DNA of 51,295 nucleotides from an uncultured Myxococcales bacterium (GCA_903896545.1 CAITYF010000229.1:1-51295); one strand, 5' to 3'; numbered from the stretch's first letter, positions 1 through 10,028 are shown. The notes: a model not told the origin generated them from the letters alone. Numbers and translations are program-made.

Positions 1-990
1 ACGTGCACAGCGAGCGATCAGTGCCACGTCGCGGGCTCCTGTAATCCGGCGAATGGAACGTGTACCAACCCGCCAGCGGCGAATGGCACGACGTGTTCGG
101 ACGGCAACTCGTGTACGCAGACAGACGCGTGTCAGGCTGGCGTATGTGCGGGAGCAAATCCGGTCACGTGCACAGCCAGTGACCAGTGCCACGTTGCGGG
201 CTCCTGTAATCCGGCGAACGGGACTTGCAGCAACCCACCAGCGGCAAACGGCACGACGTGTTCGGACGGCAATTCGTGTACCCAAACCGACGCGTGCCAG
301 GCTGGCGTGTGTGCGGGCGCGAATCCGGTCACGTGCACAGCGAGCGATCAGTGCCACGTCGCGGGCTCCTGTAATCCGGCGAATGGAACGTGTACCAACC
401 CGCCAGCGGCGAATGGCACGACGTGTTCGGACGGCAACTCGTGTACGCAAACTGACGCGTGCCAGGCTGGCACGTGCACGGGTGCGAATCCGGTGACCTG
501 TTCAGCCAGCGATCAATGCCACGTCGCGGGCTCGTGTAATCCGGCGAACGGGACTTGTAGCAACCCACCAGCGGCGAATGGCACGACGTGTTCGGACGGC
601 AACTCGTGTACGCAAACCGACGCCTGCCAAGCTGGCACGTGCACGGGTGCGAATCCGGTCGCCTGCACAGCCAGTGATCAGTGCCACGTTGCGGGCTCGT
701 GCAATCCGGCGAATGGAACTTGTACCAACCCACCAGCGGCAAACGGGACGACGTGTTCGGACGGCAATTCGTGTACCCAAACCGACGCCTGCCAAGCTGG
801 CGTGTGTGCGGGCGCGAATCCGGTCACGTGCACAGCGAGCGATCAGTGCCACGTTGCGGGAGCGTGTGACGCCGCGACGGGCGCGTGCAGCAACCCGGCG
901 GCGCTCTTCGGCAGCGCGTGCAACGATGGCGATTCCTGCACGCTCACGGACCTGTGCCTCGATGGCAGCTGCTTCGGCGTGAATCCCGTC
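1..990. repeat. Near-identical 165-bp (55-codon) tandem repeats with 330-bp higher-order periodicity, inside the giant CDS
   Basis: Unit starts are at 1, 166, 331, 496, 661 and 826. nt 1-119 equals nt 331-449 exactly; units 2 and 4 are nearly identical. Beyond about 990 the repeats continue to roughly 4080 but are diverged at the nucleotide level. Confidence 0.9.
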
Positions 991-3900
991 TCGTGCTTCG
1001 CCAGCGACCAGTGCCACGTTGCCGGCACCTGCGACCCGACAAGCGGCGCGTGCAGCAATCCCACGGCGGCCAATGGGTCTGGGTGTTCGGACAACGACGC
1101 TTGTACGCTTTCGGACAACTGCGAAGGCGGCGGGTGTGTCGGCCACAATCCCATCGTTTGCACGGCGAGCGATGACTGCCACGTCGCCGGGACCTGCGAT
1201 CCAGCCAATGGCGCGTGCAGCAATCCTTCCGTCACCAACGGCACGGGCTGCAGCGACGACAACTTGTGCACCGTGGGCGACGCGTGCGTCGGCGGCGGCT
1301 GCGTTCCGGGCGCGGCGGCCAACTGCGACGACGGATTCCCGTGCACGATGGACGCCTGCCAGCCTTTGACCGGCTGCGCCCATGCTGCCGATGACGCGCT
1401 CTGCGACGACAGCAACGTGTGCACGCTCGACGTTTGTACCACCGGCGAAGGCTGCGGCCACAGCGCGGTCGCCGGCGAGGTCACGTGCAACGACAACGAC
1501 GCGTGCACGTTGAGCGACACCTGCCAAGGCGGAACTTGCATCGGTGCGACGCCTGCAATCTGCACAGACAGCGAGATCTGCACGACCGACGCCTGCGAGC
1601 CTGCCATCGGATGCGTCCACCCCGCCAACGCCCTGCCCTGTTCGGACGGCAACGCGTGCACCGACAATGACACTTGCGGCGGCGGCTCCTGTCAGGCTGG
1701 TCCGGCCACGTTCTGCGACGACGGGAACCCGTGCACCACGGAAAGTTGTGACACGGCAAGCGGCTGCCAGCACGCGCCCAACACCTCGGCGTGCAGCGAT
1801 GGCGACGCGTGCACGATCGGCGACGCGTGCGGCGATTCAACGTGCCTACCCGGCGGCGCGTTGGTCTGCAACGACGGCAACCCGTGCACCGACGACGCGT
1901 GTGAACCCACGAGTGGGTGCACGCACACCGCGAATCTGCTGCCCTGCTCCGACGGCAACGCGTGCACGATTGGCGACGTCTGCGGCGGCGCGGTTTGCCT
2001 TGCGGGTGCGGCCACCACGTGTGACGACAGCAACCCGTGCACAGACGACGCGTGCGGCGTTTTGAGCGGCTGCGTCAACGGCGCCAACACGGCCGGCTGC
2101 AGCGATGGCGATCCATGCACGCTCTTGGACATTTGCATCAACGGCAGCTGCCTCGGCACGCAGACGGACGGATGTGACGACGGCAATTCCTGCACGCTCG
2201 ACAATTGCCAAACAGGCGTGGGTTGCGCGCACACAAGCGCGGTGACCGCGTGCTCGGACGGAAACGCGTGCACGAGCGGCGACGTGTGCGGCGGCGGCGC
2301 GTGTTTGAGCGGAACCCTCGACGGCTGCGACGACGGCAACGCTTGCACGACCGACGCGTGCGACGTCTCGACCGGCTGCATCCACACGGCGATCGACGGG
2401 GGCGCGTGCAACGACGGCAGCGCATGCACCGTCGGCGAGGTGTGCGCGAATGGCGCGTGTCTGGGCACCGTGCTTCAGGACTGCGGCGACGGCAACCCGT
2501 GCACCCGCGACGACTGCAGCGCTGACGGCGGCTGTACGCATTTGCCCGGCGACGCGACGTGCACGGACGGCGACGCGTGCACGAGCGGCGACACGTGCTC
2601 CGAGGCGACCTGTGTAGCAGGCGCGGGCGTCAGCTGCGGCGACAGCAACGTGTGCACGGACGACTCGTGCGACGCGGCGCTCGGTTGCGTTCATGTGGCC
2701 AACAGCGCGGCGTGCAGCGACGGCGACGTTTGCACCACCGGGGAGGTCTGCGGCAACAGCAGCTGCGGCGGCGGGGTCGCGATCGGCTGTGACGACGGGA
2801 ATCCCTGCACGGACGACGGCTGCCTACCTGGATTCGGCTGCGGCCACACCAGCAACACCACGGGCTGCAACGACGGCAACGCTTGCACGTCAGGCGACGT
2901 GTGCGAGGCCAGTAGCTGCGTCGGCGTTGCCTTGACCGACTGTGACGACGGCAACCCCTGCACCACTGACACCTGCGACACCGCGAGCGGTTGCACGCAT
3001 GCGCCGGGCACGCTCGGCTGCGACGACGGCAACGCGTGCACGGAGGGCGACACGTGCACCGAGGGCGCGTGCGTCGGGGCGACTCCAAAGACGTGTGACG
3101 ACGGCAAGATTTGCACCGACGACGCCTGTGACGCAAAGAACGGCTGCATCACCAGCGCCAACGCGGCCAATTGCGATGATGGCGACCCCTGCACGACCGG
3201 CGACCTCTGCATCAACGGCGGCTGCTCCAGCGGCGCAACGGCGGGCTGCGACGACGGCAACGCCTGCACGACCGACAGCTGCGCGAGTGGGAGTGGCTGC
3301 GTTCATGCGGACGTGGCGGGCGCCTGCGACGACCAGAATGTCTGCACAAGCGACGCATGCGACGCCGCAACGGGATGTACCCACTTGCCTGCGGACGTCA
3401 GCTGCAGCGACGGATCGGCTTGTACCATCAACGACGCGTGCAGCGACGGCGTGTGTGGAGGCAAACAGGTTCAGGACTGCAGTGACGGCAACCCTTGCAC
3501 CGATGACGACTGCACGGACTTGCAGGGCGGCTGCGCGCACGTCGCGAATACCGTGTCATGCAGCGACGGCAACCCGTGCACGGCGGGCGACACCTGCGGG
3601 AGCGCGACCTGCCTGCCCGGTCAAGCCACAGACTGCGACGACGCCAACCCGTGCACGACCGATGCGTGTGACGCGACGACCGGCTGCGCACACCTCGCGG
3701 GCGCTGCGAGTTGCACCGACGGCGACGCGTGTACGATCGACGACGCGTGCGCAAGCGGCACCTGCATCGGCGGCAAGGTGTTGGACTGCAGCGATGGCAA
3801 CGCGTGCACCGACGACAGTTGCGTCGGCAAAATCGGCTGTGTCCACGTCGCTGGAACCGGCGCTTGCGACGACGGCGATCCGTGTACAACCGGCGACACG

Positions 3901-4353
3901 TGCGGCGCGGGCAACTGCGCAGCACAGTCCGCCACCGTGTGCGACGACGCCAACCCGTGCACCGACGACGCGTGCGCGCCTGGCAAAGGCTGCACGCACG
4001 CCGCCAACGCAAAGTCCTGCGACGACGGCAACGCGTGCACGACCAACGACCTGTGCGTGAATAGCGCCTGCAAGGGGACGCCGGACAGTGCCTGCGCCGA
4101 TGTGACCGGGGACACAGGCGAGGACGTGAAGTCGAAGCCGGACACGACGTTCCTGGATTCGCCGACGCTGGGTGACGATGCCGGTTTGGACGGGCAAGAG
4201 AACGGTGAAGATGCAACGGCGGGCGATCTGCCGACGAAGGCATCGTCGCCGTGTTCGGCCACACGCGTGGGAACCGACGCCAGCCGAATCGCTGGGTTGC
4301 TGGGGGCAGTTCTGATGCTCGTCCTCGTGCGACGTCGCCGCATTCGTGGGTAA
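1..4353 (+). CDS. Giant cysteine-rich repeat surface protein (Myxococcus-type Cys-rich repeats) with C-terminal MYXO-CTERM-like sorting tag; 5' end lies outside the window
   Basis: Frame 1 is open from nt 1 with no upstream stop; the ORF track starts at an internal Met at 307. More than 25 repeats of about 38-55 aa match the pattern C-x-D-G-N-x-C-T-x-D-x-C-x-x-G-x-C. Acidic linker follows (GDTGEDVKSKPDTT...). The C-terminus SSPCSATRVG...IAGLLGAVLMLVLVRRRRIRG has Cys, a hydrophobic helix and an Arg cluster. Confidence 0.85.
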   Translation, partial: TCTASDQCHVAGSCNPANGTCTNPPAANGTTCSDGNSCTQTDACQAGVCAGANPVTCTASDQCHVAGSCNPANGTCSNPPAANGTTCSDGNSCTQTDACQAGVCAGANPVTCTASDQCHVAGSCNPANGTCTNPPAANGTTCSDGNSCTQTDACQAGTCTGANPVTCSASDQCHVAGSCNPANGTCSNPPAANGTTCSDGNSCTQTDACQAGTCTGANPVACTASDQCHVAGSCNPANGTCTNPPAANGTTCSDGNSCTQTDACQAGVCAGANPVTCTASDQCHVAGACDAATGACSNPAALFGSACNDGDSCTLTDLCLDGSCFGVNPVSCFASDQCHVAGTCDPTSGACSNPTAANGSGCSDNDACTLSDNCEGGGCVGHNPIVCTASDDCHVAGTCDPANGACSNPSVTNGTGCSDDNLCTVGDACVGGGCVPGAAANCDDGFPCTMDACQPLTGCAHAADDALCDDSNVCTLDVCTTGEGCGHSAVAGEVTCNDNDACTLSDTCQGGTCIGATPAICTDSEICTTDACEPAIGCVHPANALPCSDGNACTDNDTCGGGSCQAGPATFCDDGNPCTTESCDTASGCQHAPNTSACSDGDACTIGDACGDSTCLPGGALVCNDGNPCTDDACEPTSGCTHTANLLPCSDGNACTIGDVCGGAVCLAGAATTCDDSNPCTDDACGVLSGCVNGANTAGCSDGDPCTLLDICINGSCLGTQTDGCDDGNSCTLDNCQTGVGCAHTSAVTACSDGNACTSGDVCGGGACLSGTLDGCDDGNACTTDACDVSTGCIHTAIDGGACNDGSACTVGEVCANGACLGTVLQDCGDGNPCTRDDCSADGGCTHLPGDATCTDGDACTSGDTCSEATCVAGAGVSCGDSNVCTDDSCDAALGCVHVANSAACSDGDVCTTGEVCGNSSCGGGVAIGCDDGNPCTDDGCLPGFGCGHTSNTTGCNDGNACTSGDVCEASSCVGVALTDCDDGNPCTTDTCDTASGCTHAPGTLGCDDGNACTEGDTCTEGACVGATPKTCDDGKICTDDACDAKNGCITSANAANCDDGDPCTTGDLCINGGCSSGATAGCDDGNACTTDSCASGSGCVHADVAGACDDQNVCTSDACDAATGCTHLPADVSCSDGSACTINDACSDGVCGGKQVQDCSDGNPCTDDDCTDLQGGCAHVANTVSCSDGNPCTAGDTCGSATCLPGQATDCDDANPCTTDACDATTGCAHLAGAASCTDGDACTIDDACASGTCIGGKVLDCSDGNACTDDSCVGKIGCVHVAGTGACDDGDPCTTGDTCGAGNCAAQSATVCDDANPCTDDACAPGKGCTHAANAKSCDDGNACTTNDLCVNSACKGTPDSACADVTGDTGEDVKSKPDTTFLDSPTLGDDAGLDGQENGEDATAGDLPTKASSPCSATRVGTDASRIAGLLGAVLMLVLVRRRRIRG

Positions 4354-4660
4354 CCCGGACGATTCGTCGTATGTCATCCGTGCGACCGACCGTCCGGCGG
4401 CCCATCCCGATAAACCCGTGACACGAACGCCACAACTTCCCTTGACCGCGCCCCCTCTGGAACGCGAAACTGAGGACTGGGGTCGCTTTGTCGCGGCTAT
4501 ACAGTCTGCGCCACGTTCGAGGCCATCCGTGCTTATTCCGCGGCGTTCCGCGTGAGGTGCACGCGCGGCCCAAGTTCAGAACGTCAGGTCTGACAGTTGA
4601 ACTCTGGTGTTACTTCGTGTCGGGATAGTTGGAGTTTTCGGTTGGATAGAAAGGAGCCCA

Positions 4661-6247
4661 ATGAAACGCGCAAGTGTTTGGTTGTTCGGTTTGGCCGTCG
4701 CGCTCGTCGGCTGCAGCAATTCCTCCAGTGCCACGGGCGGCGTGGAGGGCGACGACGTGCAATGTGCGAACGGTGCCTGCGACGATGCGCTTGGTGACGC
4801 AAGCGGCGACACGCCGGACGTTGCGAGTGCAACGGACGTGGCACTGAACGACGTCGCAGGCTCCGAAGTCGCAACGCCGGACGCAGCCGACGCATTTTTT
4901 CCAGACACAGCGCCGCCGGACGTCCAGACAGAAGACGTGGCCCCGGACGCAGTCGTCGACGTGCCGGTAACCCCCGATGTCGGCGACGACGCAATGGCGC
5001 CGGAAGATGCGAGTACGGACGTCGCAGCCACGGAAGTTGTCGCGCTCGACATCGTGCAAACCGAAGATGTGGCTGTGGATGTGATTCCGACTGAGGACAT
5101 TCTCGCCGATATCTCCGACGCGCTCGACGATGTCGGCGTTGCCGAGGATGTGGCCGTTTCCCAGGACCTGTTGGCTGAAGACGCCGCAGCCGATGTCGCA
5201 GACACACCGGACGCCGCGGCGCTGGTCGATCCCTGGTCGACATGTGGCGCAGCGACGCCCACCATCTTGTATGCGTCAACGGAGTGGATTCAGGAATTCC
5301 GCATCTACGGCGGCAACATCTACTGGACCGCGTATGCGCCCGACTTCCTCGCACACTCGTGGGTGTACGGGATGCCGCTCACCGGCGTACCTGTCGCGGG
5401 GACACCGTCGGTACTGGCCGATAGTGTGAAAACGCCGAGTGGCCTGTATCAAGGACTCGCTGTCGACGCGAACGGTTTGTACTTTGCCGGCAACGGTCCC
5501 GGCGCGCTGTATTCGACGACTTTCAACGCCGACGCGTCGACGGTACCCACGCAGTTGACCGCCACGCAGACCAACGTGCTGATGACCGCGAATCAACCGC
5601 GTCAAGTTGCCGTGTTCAATGGAATCATCTATTTCCACGACGACGAGTTCTCACCGTTCACCTTCCCGCCGGGCTTGCGGCAGCTTGCCACCCTCGGCGG
5701 CGCCGTTTCGCTCGTCGACTTCACGCCGAAGACTGCTGGGTACCCGACCCTCAACAGCGCCGGACTGGCCTTCAACGCGACGCCTGCGCCCGCCGATGGC
5801 ATCGACGGCGGCATCTACTTCCTCCCCACAGGCGGCAACGCTTCGAAGTTGCTCGGACAAGGCGCCCAAGTCATCGGTCCCGATATGGACGACAACTTCG
5901 CGTACTGGAGTCAGGTCGGCGAGTCCAAAGACGGCGTGTGGAGCGCACCGCTCGCAGGGGGAGCGGCAACGCGTTTGACTGACTTGGTCGGCGCCAACGT
6001 GCTCGCGCAGGATCCAACGACCGGCTTCGTCTATTTCTACGCGTCCAAATTCGACGGTCCCTTCCTCAAAGCGGCAATCTTCAAGGTGCCCAAGACGGGC
6101 GGTCAGGCGACGGCTGTCGTTTGCGACTTGCCGGGCGCCGTGTGGAACATTCGCACAGACGCGACCAAAGTGTACTTCACGATGGCGGACGGCAAGGCGG
6201 CGAGTTGGACGCTTGCGCCGGACACCTTCGCGTCCGTCGCCAAGTAG
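4661..6247 (+). CDS. Lipoprotein with acidic D/V-rich low-complexity linker and C-terminal repeated Y(F/W) propeller-like domain
   Basis: RBS aaaggag at 4648-4654; ATG at 4661. Signal peptide MKRASVWLFGLAVALVGCS has a lipobox. About 150 aa of (D/E)V repeats follow. Then repeated motifs IYWTAY / LYFAG / IYFHDD / IYFLP / VYFYAS / VYFTMADG. Confidence 0.6.
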   Translation: MKRASVWLFGLAVALVGCSNSSSATGGVEGDDVQCANGACDDALGDASGDTPDVASATDVALNDVAGSEVATPDAADAFFPDTAPPDVQTEDVAPDAVVDVPVTPDVGDDAMAPEDASTDVAATEVVALDIVQTEDVAVDVIPTEDILADISDALDDVGVAEDVAVSQDLLAEDAAADVADTPDAAALVDPWSTCGAATPTILYASTEWIQEFRIYGGNIYWTAYAPDFLAHSWVYGMPLTGVPVAGTPSVLADSVKTPSGLYQGLAVDANGLYFAGNGPGALYSTTFNADASTVPTQLTATQTNVLMTANQPRQVAVFNGIIYFHDDEFSPFTFPPGLRQLATLGGAVSLVDFTPKTAGYPTLNSAGLAFNATPAPADGIDGGIYFLPTGGNASKLLGQGAQVIGPDMDDNFAYWSQVGESKDGVWSAPLAGGAATRLTDLVGANVLAQDPTTGFVYFYASKFDGPFLKAAIFKVPKTGGQATAVVCDLPGAVWNIRTDATKVYFTMADGKAASWTLAPDTFASVAK

Positions 6248-6499
6248 TCTCTTCCCGAACCGAGGCGGAACGTCGGCGCTCCTCGATCTGAACGCGCATT
6301 TTCATTGCCGCCGAGGGCCGGATGGGCCTTCCGTCGTCGGCGGTCGTTCGCGCGGGGTCTGTCCCATCGGCCGCGTCGTTGAACTCGCCTACCTCCCGCA
6401 GACGGAACGGCCATTTCCCCTGCGGCATGCGCCGCGAACCCAATGTGATTACTGGAGAATAGCGCGGACTCCGCTACAGATCCGCGGAGTCCGCGGCAA

Positions 6500-7711
6500 T
6501 TGACCAAACCAGCTACATCCTCCACACTTCGGCAGCCATCCGGTCGCGTCGCCGGTGCTACGTCGCCCATGCCCATTCGTCCGCCCAAATCGCCGTTGCG
6601 TGTGCTGTTGTGGGCACCTCGACCACCGCCGCCGGGAGGCGTGGGATACTGGACGGAGCGCTACCTGAACGCCGCGCCGGAACACGACTTGGCGGTGACG
6701 CTGCTGAACACCGCCCCGCCGCCTGGACGATTTGACGAGAAGAGCGTGCTGCGCCTCGATCGATCGCTGAGTGCCGTGCGGGCGCTGGGCCGCCTCGTGC
6801 GGACGCTGGCGACGCAGCGATTTGACGTCGCGCACGTGACGACAACGCTGTTCTGGGCGACGCCGCGCGAGGCTTTGGTCCTGAAGCTGTGTCGAAGTCA
6901 CAAGATCCCGACGGTGCTACACATTCACGCCTCGTCCCAGCTCCCTCCGTGGCGCGACGCGCTGCCACCTCTCCGCCGCAAATTGTTGGACGCGACGCTG
7001 CAGCAGGCCGATGTGCTCGCCGTGCTGTCGCGCGAATTCGAAACGTACCTGCGCGCCGCGTTTCCGACGAAGACCATCGTTCGCATTCCGAACATGCTCG
7101 ACCTTCAGACCGAGGCTCAGCCGAATGTGCTGCCGCCGCGGAAGTTGCCGCGCGTGCTGTTCGTCGGGATGCGCACGCCGATGAAGGGGCTGGGCGAGTT
7201 GGCCGAGGCGATGCTGATGGTGGACGCGGAGCTCGTCGTTGTCGGACCGCCGGGAACGGGCCTGGATGCCGCCGCGGAAGCGCGCATGGACGACGCGATG
7301 GCGAAGTTGCGTGCGACCGGACGCCTGGTGGAGACGGGGCAATTGTCGCCGCAGGTCTGCGCGCAAGTGTACCGCGAAGTCGACGTCTTCTGCCTGCCGA
7401 CCCACCGCGAAGGCCTGCCGAACGTGCTGCTCGAAGCGATGGCTGCGGGTCTACCGGTCGTCGCAACGCCAATTGGCGGCATTCCCGATGTGCTGACGCC
7501 CGATTTTGGTATCCTCGTCCCCGTCGACGCGGTGCCGGAATTGGCGAGCGCGTTGCAAAAGTTGATCGCGGACGGCGATTTGCGCAACCAACTTGGCCGC
7601 GCGGGACAAGCCTTCGCCCGCGACCATTTCACCCCGCGAGCCGTCGTGTCGCGATGGCGACGCCTCTACGAAACGCTCAAAGTGCCTACATCCCCTGGAG
7701 AAAACGCGTGA
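6500..7711 (+). CDS. GT4-family glycosyltransferase (start uncertain; an alternative ATG is at 6569)
   Basis: C-terminal GT4 signature EGLPNVLLEAMAAGLPVVATPIGGIPDV (E-x7-E); Rossmann-like N-terminal half. Confidence 0.75.
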   Translation: MTKPATSSTLRQPSGRVAGATSPMPIRPPKSPLRVLLWAPRPPPPGGVGYWTERYLNAAPEHDLAVTLLNTAPPPGRFDEKSVLRLDRSLSAVRALGRLVRTLATQRFDVAHVTTTLFWATPREALVLKLCRSHKIPTVLHIHASSQLPPWRDALPPLRRKLLDATLQQADVLAVLSREFETYLRAAFPTKTIVRIPNMLDLQTEAQPNVLPPRKLPRVLFVGMRTPMKGLGELAEAMLMVDAELVVVGPPGTGLDAAAEARMDDAMAKLRATGRLVETGQLSPQVCAQVYREVDVFCLPTHREGLPNVLLEAMAAGLPVVATPIGGIPDVLTPDFGILVPVDAVPELASALQKLIADGDLRNQLGRAGQAFARDHFTPRAVVSRWRRLYETLKVPTSPGENA

Positions 7712-9870
7712 AACAGCTCTTGCAAAACATGAAAACTGGCGAACTCCGCATCGCAGAAGTCCCCGTTCCGGCCCTGCGCGACGGCGGCGTCGTCGTTCGC
7801 GTCGCGGTCAGCTGTATCAGCGCAGGCACTGAACGCAACATCATGGACTTCGCCAAGAAGTCCTACGTGGACAAGGCCCGCGCGCGTCCAGACCTGGTGC
7901 GGCAGGTGGCGGACAAGGTGCGCAAAGAGGGGCTGGCGAACACGTACAAGGCGGTGATGTCGCGCCTCGACGTGGAAACCGCGCTTGGCTACTCGTGTGC
8001 AGGCGTCGTGGTGGAAGCCGGCAAGACCTCTGGGTTCTCCGTGGGCGATCGCGTCGCCTGCGCCGGCATGGGCTTCGCCAGTCACGCGGAGTACGTGTTC
8101 GTGCCGAAGAATCTCGTCGCGCTGGTGCCGCCTGAAGTGGCGCTTGCGGACGCGTCGTATGCCACGATTGGCGCCATCGCCATGCAAGGGGTGCGCACCC
8201 TCGAACCGACGTTGGGCGACACGGTTGTGGTCATCGGCCTGGGGATGATTGGTCTGCTCGCGATGCAGTTTGCCAACGCGTCCGGTTGTCGCGCGATCGG
8301 CGTCGATCTCGATCCGCGCAAGCTGGAGGTCGCGCGCAAGCTCGGATTTGACCGCGTGATTCTGCGCTCGGACGACGTCGAATCGGCCGTGCAAGCGTGG
8401 ACCGGCGGCATTGGCGCTGACGCCGTTCTAGTCGCCGCGACGGCACCGACCAACGATCCGCTTGAATTGGCTGTGGGGCTGTGTCGCAAACGCGGCCGCA
8501 TCGGCATGCTCGGCACGGTGCCGCTGCAGATGACGCACAAGCCGTTCTATGAAAAAGAGCTGCAGCTGCGGATGTCGACGAGCTACGGCCCGGGTCGCTA
8601 CGATCCCAGCTACGAGTTGGACGGCGTGGATTATCCCATCGGCTACGTGCGGTGGACCGAGCAGCGCAATTTGGGCTGTTTCCTGGATCTCCTGGCGGCA
8701 AAGAAGCTGGACGTCGCGAGCCTGACGACGCACCGCTTCGCCATCACGCAGGCCGAAGAGGCGTACGCGCTTGTCGAGGGCAAGAAGCCCGACGAACACG
8801 CGGTTGGCGTGCTGTTTGAAATGACTGAAGTGCCGGGGCCTCTGCAGCGGCGCATCGAATTCCCGCGCAAGTTCATGTCCCGGAGCGGCAAAGTCGGCGT
8901 CGGCCTCATCGGCGCGGGCACGTTCACACGCGCGACGCTTCTCCCGGCGATTCTGGGAGCCGGCGACGTGCGCTTGTGCGGCATCAGCACGGCGTCGGGA
9001 GCGACGGGCGAGAAGCTCGGCATGACTGCAGGGTTTGCCTACACGACGACGGAATGGCGCCAGCTGCTGGAGGACAAAGACGTTGACCTCATCGTCGTCG
9101 CCACGCAGCACCGCGCGCACGCAGCGATGGTCAAGGCGGCGCTGCTCGCGGACAAGAACGTATTCGTCGAGAAGCCGCTCTGTCTGACGCGGACCGAGCT
9201 TGCAGAGATTGAGACGATTGCCGCCGAAAGCGGACGGTTGCTCCACGTCGGGTTCAATCGTCGGTTCGCGCCGTTGGTTGTGCAGATGCGGCAGCATTTC
9301 GCGTCAGTGCGCGAGCCGCTGGCGATCGCCTATCGCATCAACGCGGGGTACGCGCCTCCGGGCGGTCCGGTGCATCGCGAAGGTGGGCGCATCATCGGTG
9401 AGGTCTGCCACTTCCTCGACACGGCGGTCTACCTGACCGGTTCGCCCATCTTGTCGTTGCACGCCGCCAGCACGCGCGCCGGTAACGCTGCGCTCGCGGA
9501 CGAAGACACCGTGGCGCTGACTTGCCAGCACGCCAATGGCCACCTGACCACGATTCTGTACGCCGCGCGTGGCAACCCGCTGCTGCCCAAAGAGCGCATC
9601 GAAGTACACGGCGGGATGCGCAGCGCGGTGCTGGACGACTTCACCTCGCTCAAGCTGTTCGACGGTGCCCACGCGCGTACCCAGCGGGCGTTGTTGCAGG
9701 ACAAGGGCCACAAGGCGCAGCTTCAGGCGGTGGTCGCGGCGATTCGGGATCGCAAGCCGGCGCCGATCGCGCTCGCGGATTTGGTCAGTGTGACAGAGTG
9801 GACGTTCAGCGCCGTGGAGCAGCTGCGCGGACCGTCCGAGATCGATGATGAAGAGCGTGACGAGGACTGA
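7708..9870 (+). CDS. Bi-domain oxidoreductase: N-terminal zinc-type MDR alcohol dehydrogenase plus C-terminal Gfo/Idh/MocA NAD(P)-binding oxidoreductase
   Basis: GTG at 7708 overlaps the GT4 stop (GTGA), with ggag 8 nt upstream; an alternative ATG is at 7729. MDR motifs GYSCAGVV, GxGxxG (VVIGLGMIGLLA). Gfo/Idh/MocA motifs KVGVGLIGAGTF and FVEKPL. The long ORF 6889..9870 in the track is antisense over the GT4 gene before 7708. Confidence 0.7.
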   Translation: MKQLLQNMKTGELRIAEVPVPALRDGGVVVRVAVSCISAGTERNIMDFAKKSYVDKARARPDLVRQVADKVRKEGLANTYKAVMSRLDVETALGYSCAGVVVEAGKTSGFSVGDRVACAGMGFASHAEYVFVPKNLVALVPPEVALADASYATIGAIAMQGVRTLEPTLGDTVVVIGLGMIGLLAMQFANASGCRAIGVDLDPRKLEVARKLGFDRVILRSDDVESAVQAWTGGIGADAVLVAATAPTNDPLELAVGLCRKRGRIGMLGTVPLQMTHKPFYEKELQLRMSTSYGPGRYDPSYELDGVDYPIGYVRWTEQRNLGCFLDLLAAKKLDVASLTTHRFAITQAEEAYALVEGKKPDEHAVGVLFEMTEVPGPLQRRIEFPRKFMSRSGKVGVGLIGAGTFTRATLLPAILGAGDVRLCGISTASGATGEKLGMTAGFAYTTTEWRQLLEDKDVDLIVVATQHRAHAAMVKAALLADKNVFVEKPLCLTRTELAEIETIAAESGRLLHVGFNRRFAPLVVQMRQHFASVREPLAIAYRINAGYAPPGGPVHREGGRIIGEVCHFLDTAVYLTGSPILSLHAASTRAGNAALADEDTVALTCQHANGHLTTILYAARGNPLLPKERIEVHGGMRSAVLDDFTSLKLFDGAHARTQRALLQDKGHKAQLQAVVAAIRDRKPAPIALADLVSVTEWTFSAVEQLRGPSEIDDEERDED

Positions 9871-9982
9871 GTGTCAGCGCCTTCCACAGGCCGGGCATGC
9901 AGACTGTCAGTTGCCGAAACCGCCTGTACGCTCTTCACAGGGTTCCGGATCGCCAGTCCAAGTCAGAAGCTCGGAAAGCCTT

Positions 9983-10018
9983 GCGTCCCGCCCGGTCGAA
10001 TGCGAACGGGCGGGACGC
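9983..10018. terminator. Perfect 12-bp stem / 12-nt loop hairpin between the convergent oxidoreductase and glnK genes (possible bidirectional terminator)
   Basis: gcgtcccgcccg-gtcgaatgcgaa-cgggcgggacgc. Only a weak T/U tract follows on either strand. Confidence 0.4.
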
Positions 10019-10028
10019 CTACCTCAAC

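Noticed and set aside
502-4377. Many long ORFs antisense to or out of frame with the giant repeat gene (e.g. 502..1773 -, 1692..2468 -, 2942..4060 +, 3428..4573 -)
   Set aside because: High-GC antisense frames stay open by chance; their products are Arg/Ala/Pro-rich low-complexity, with no starts with RBS, while the sense frame has a clear modular Cys repeat structure.
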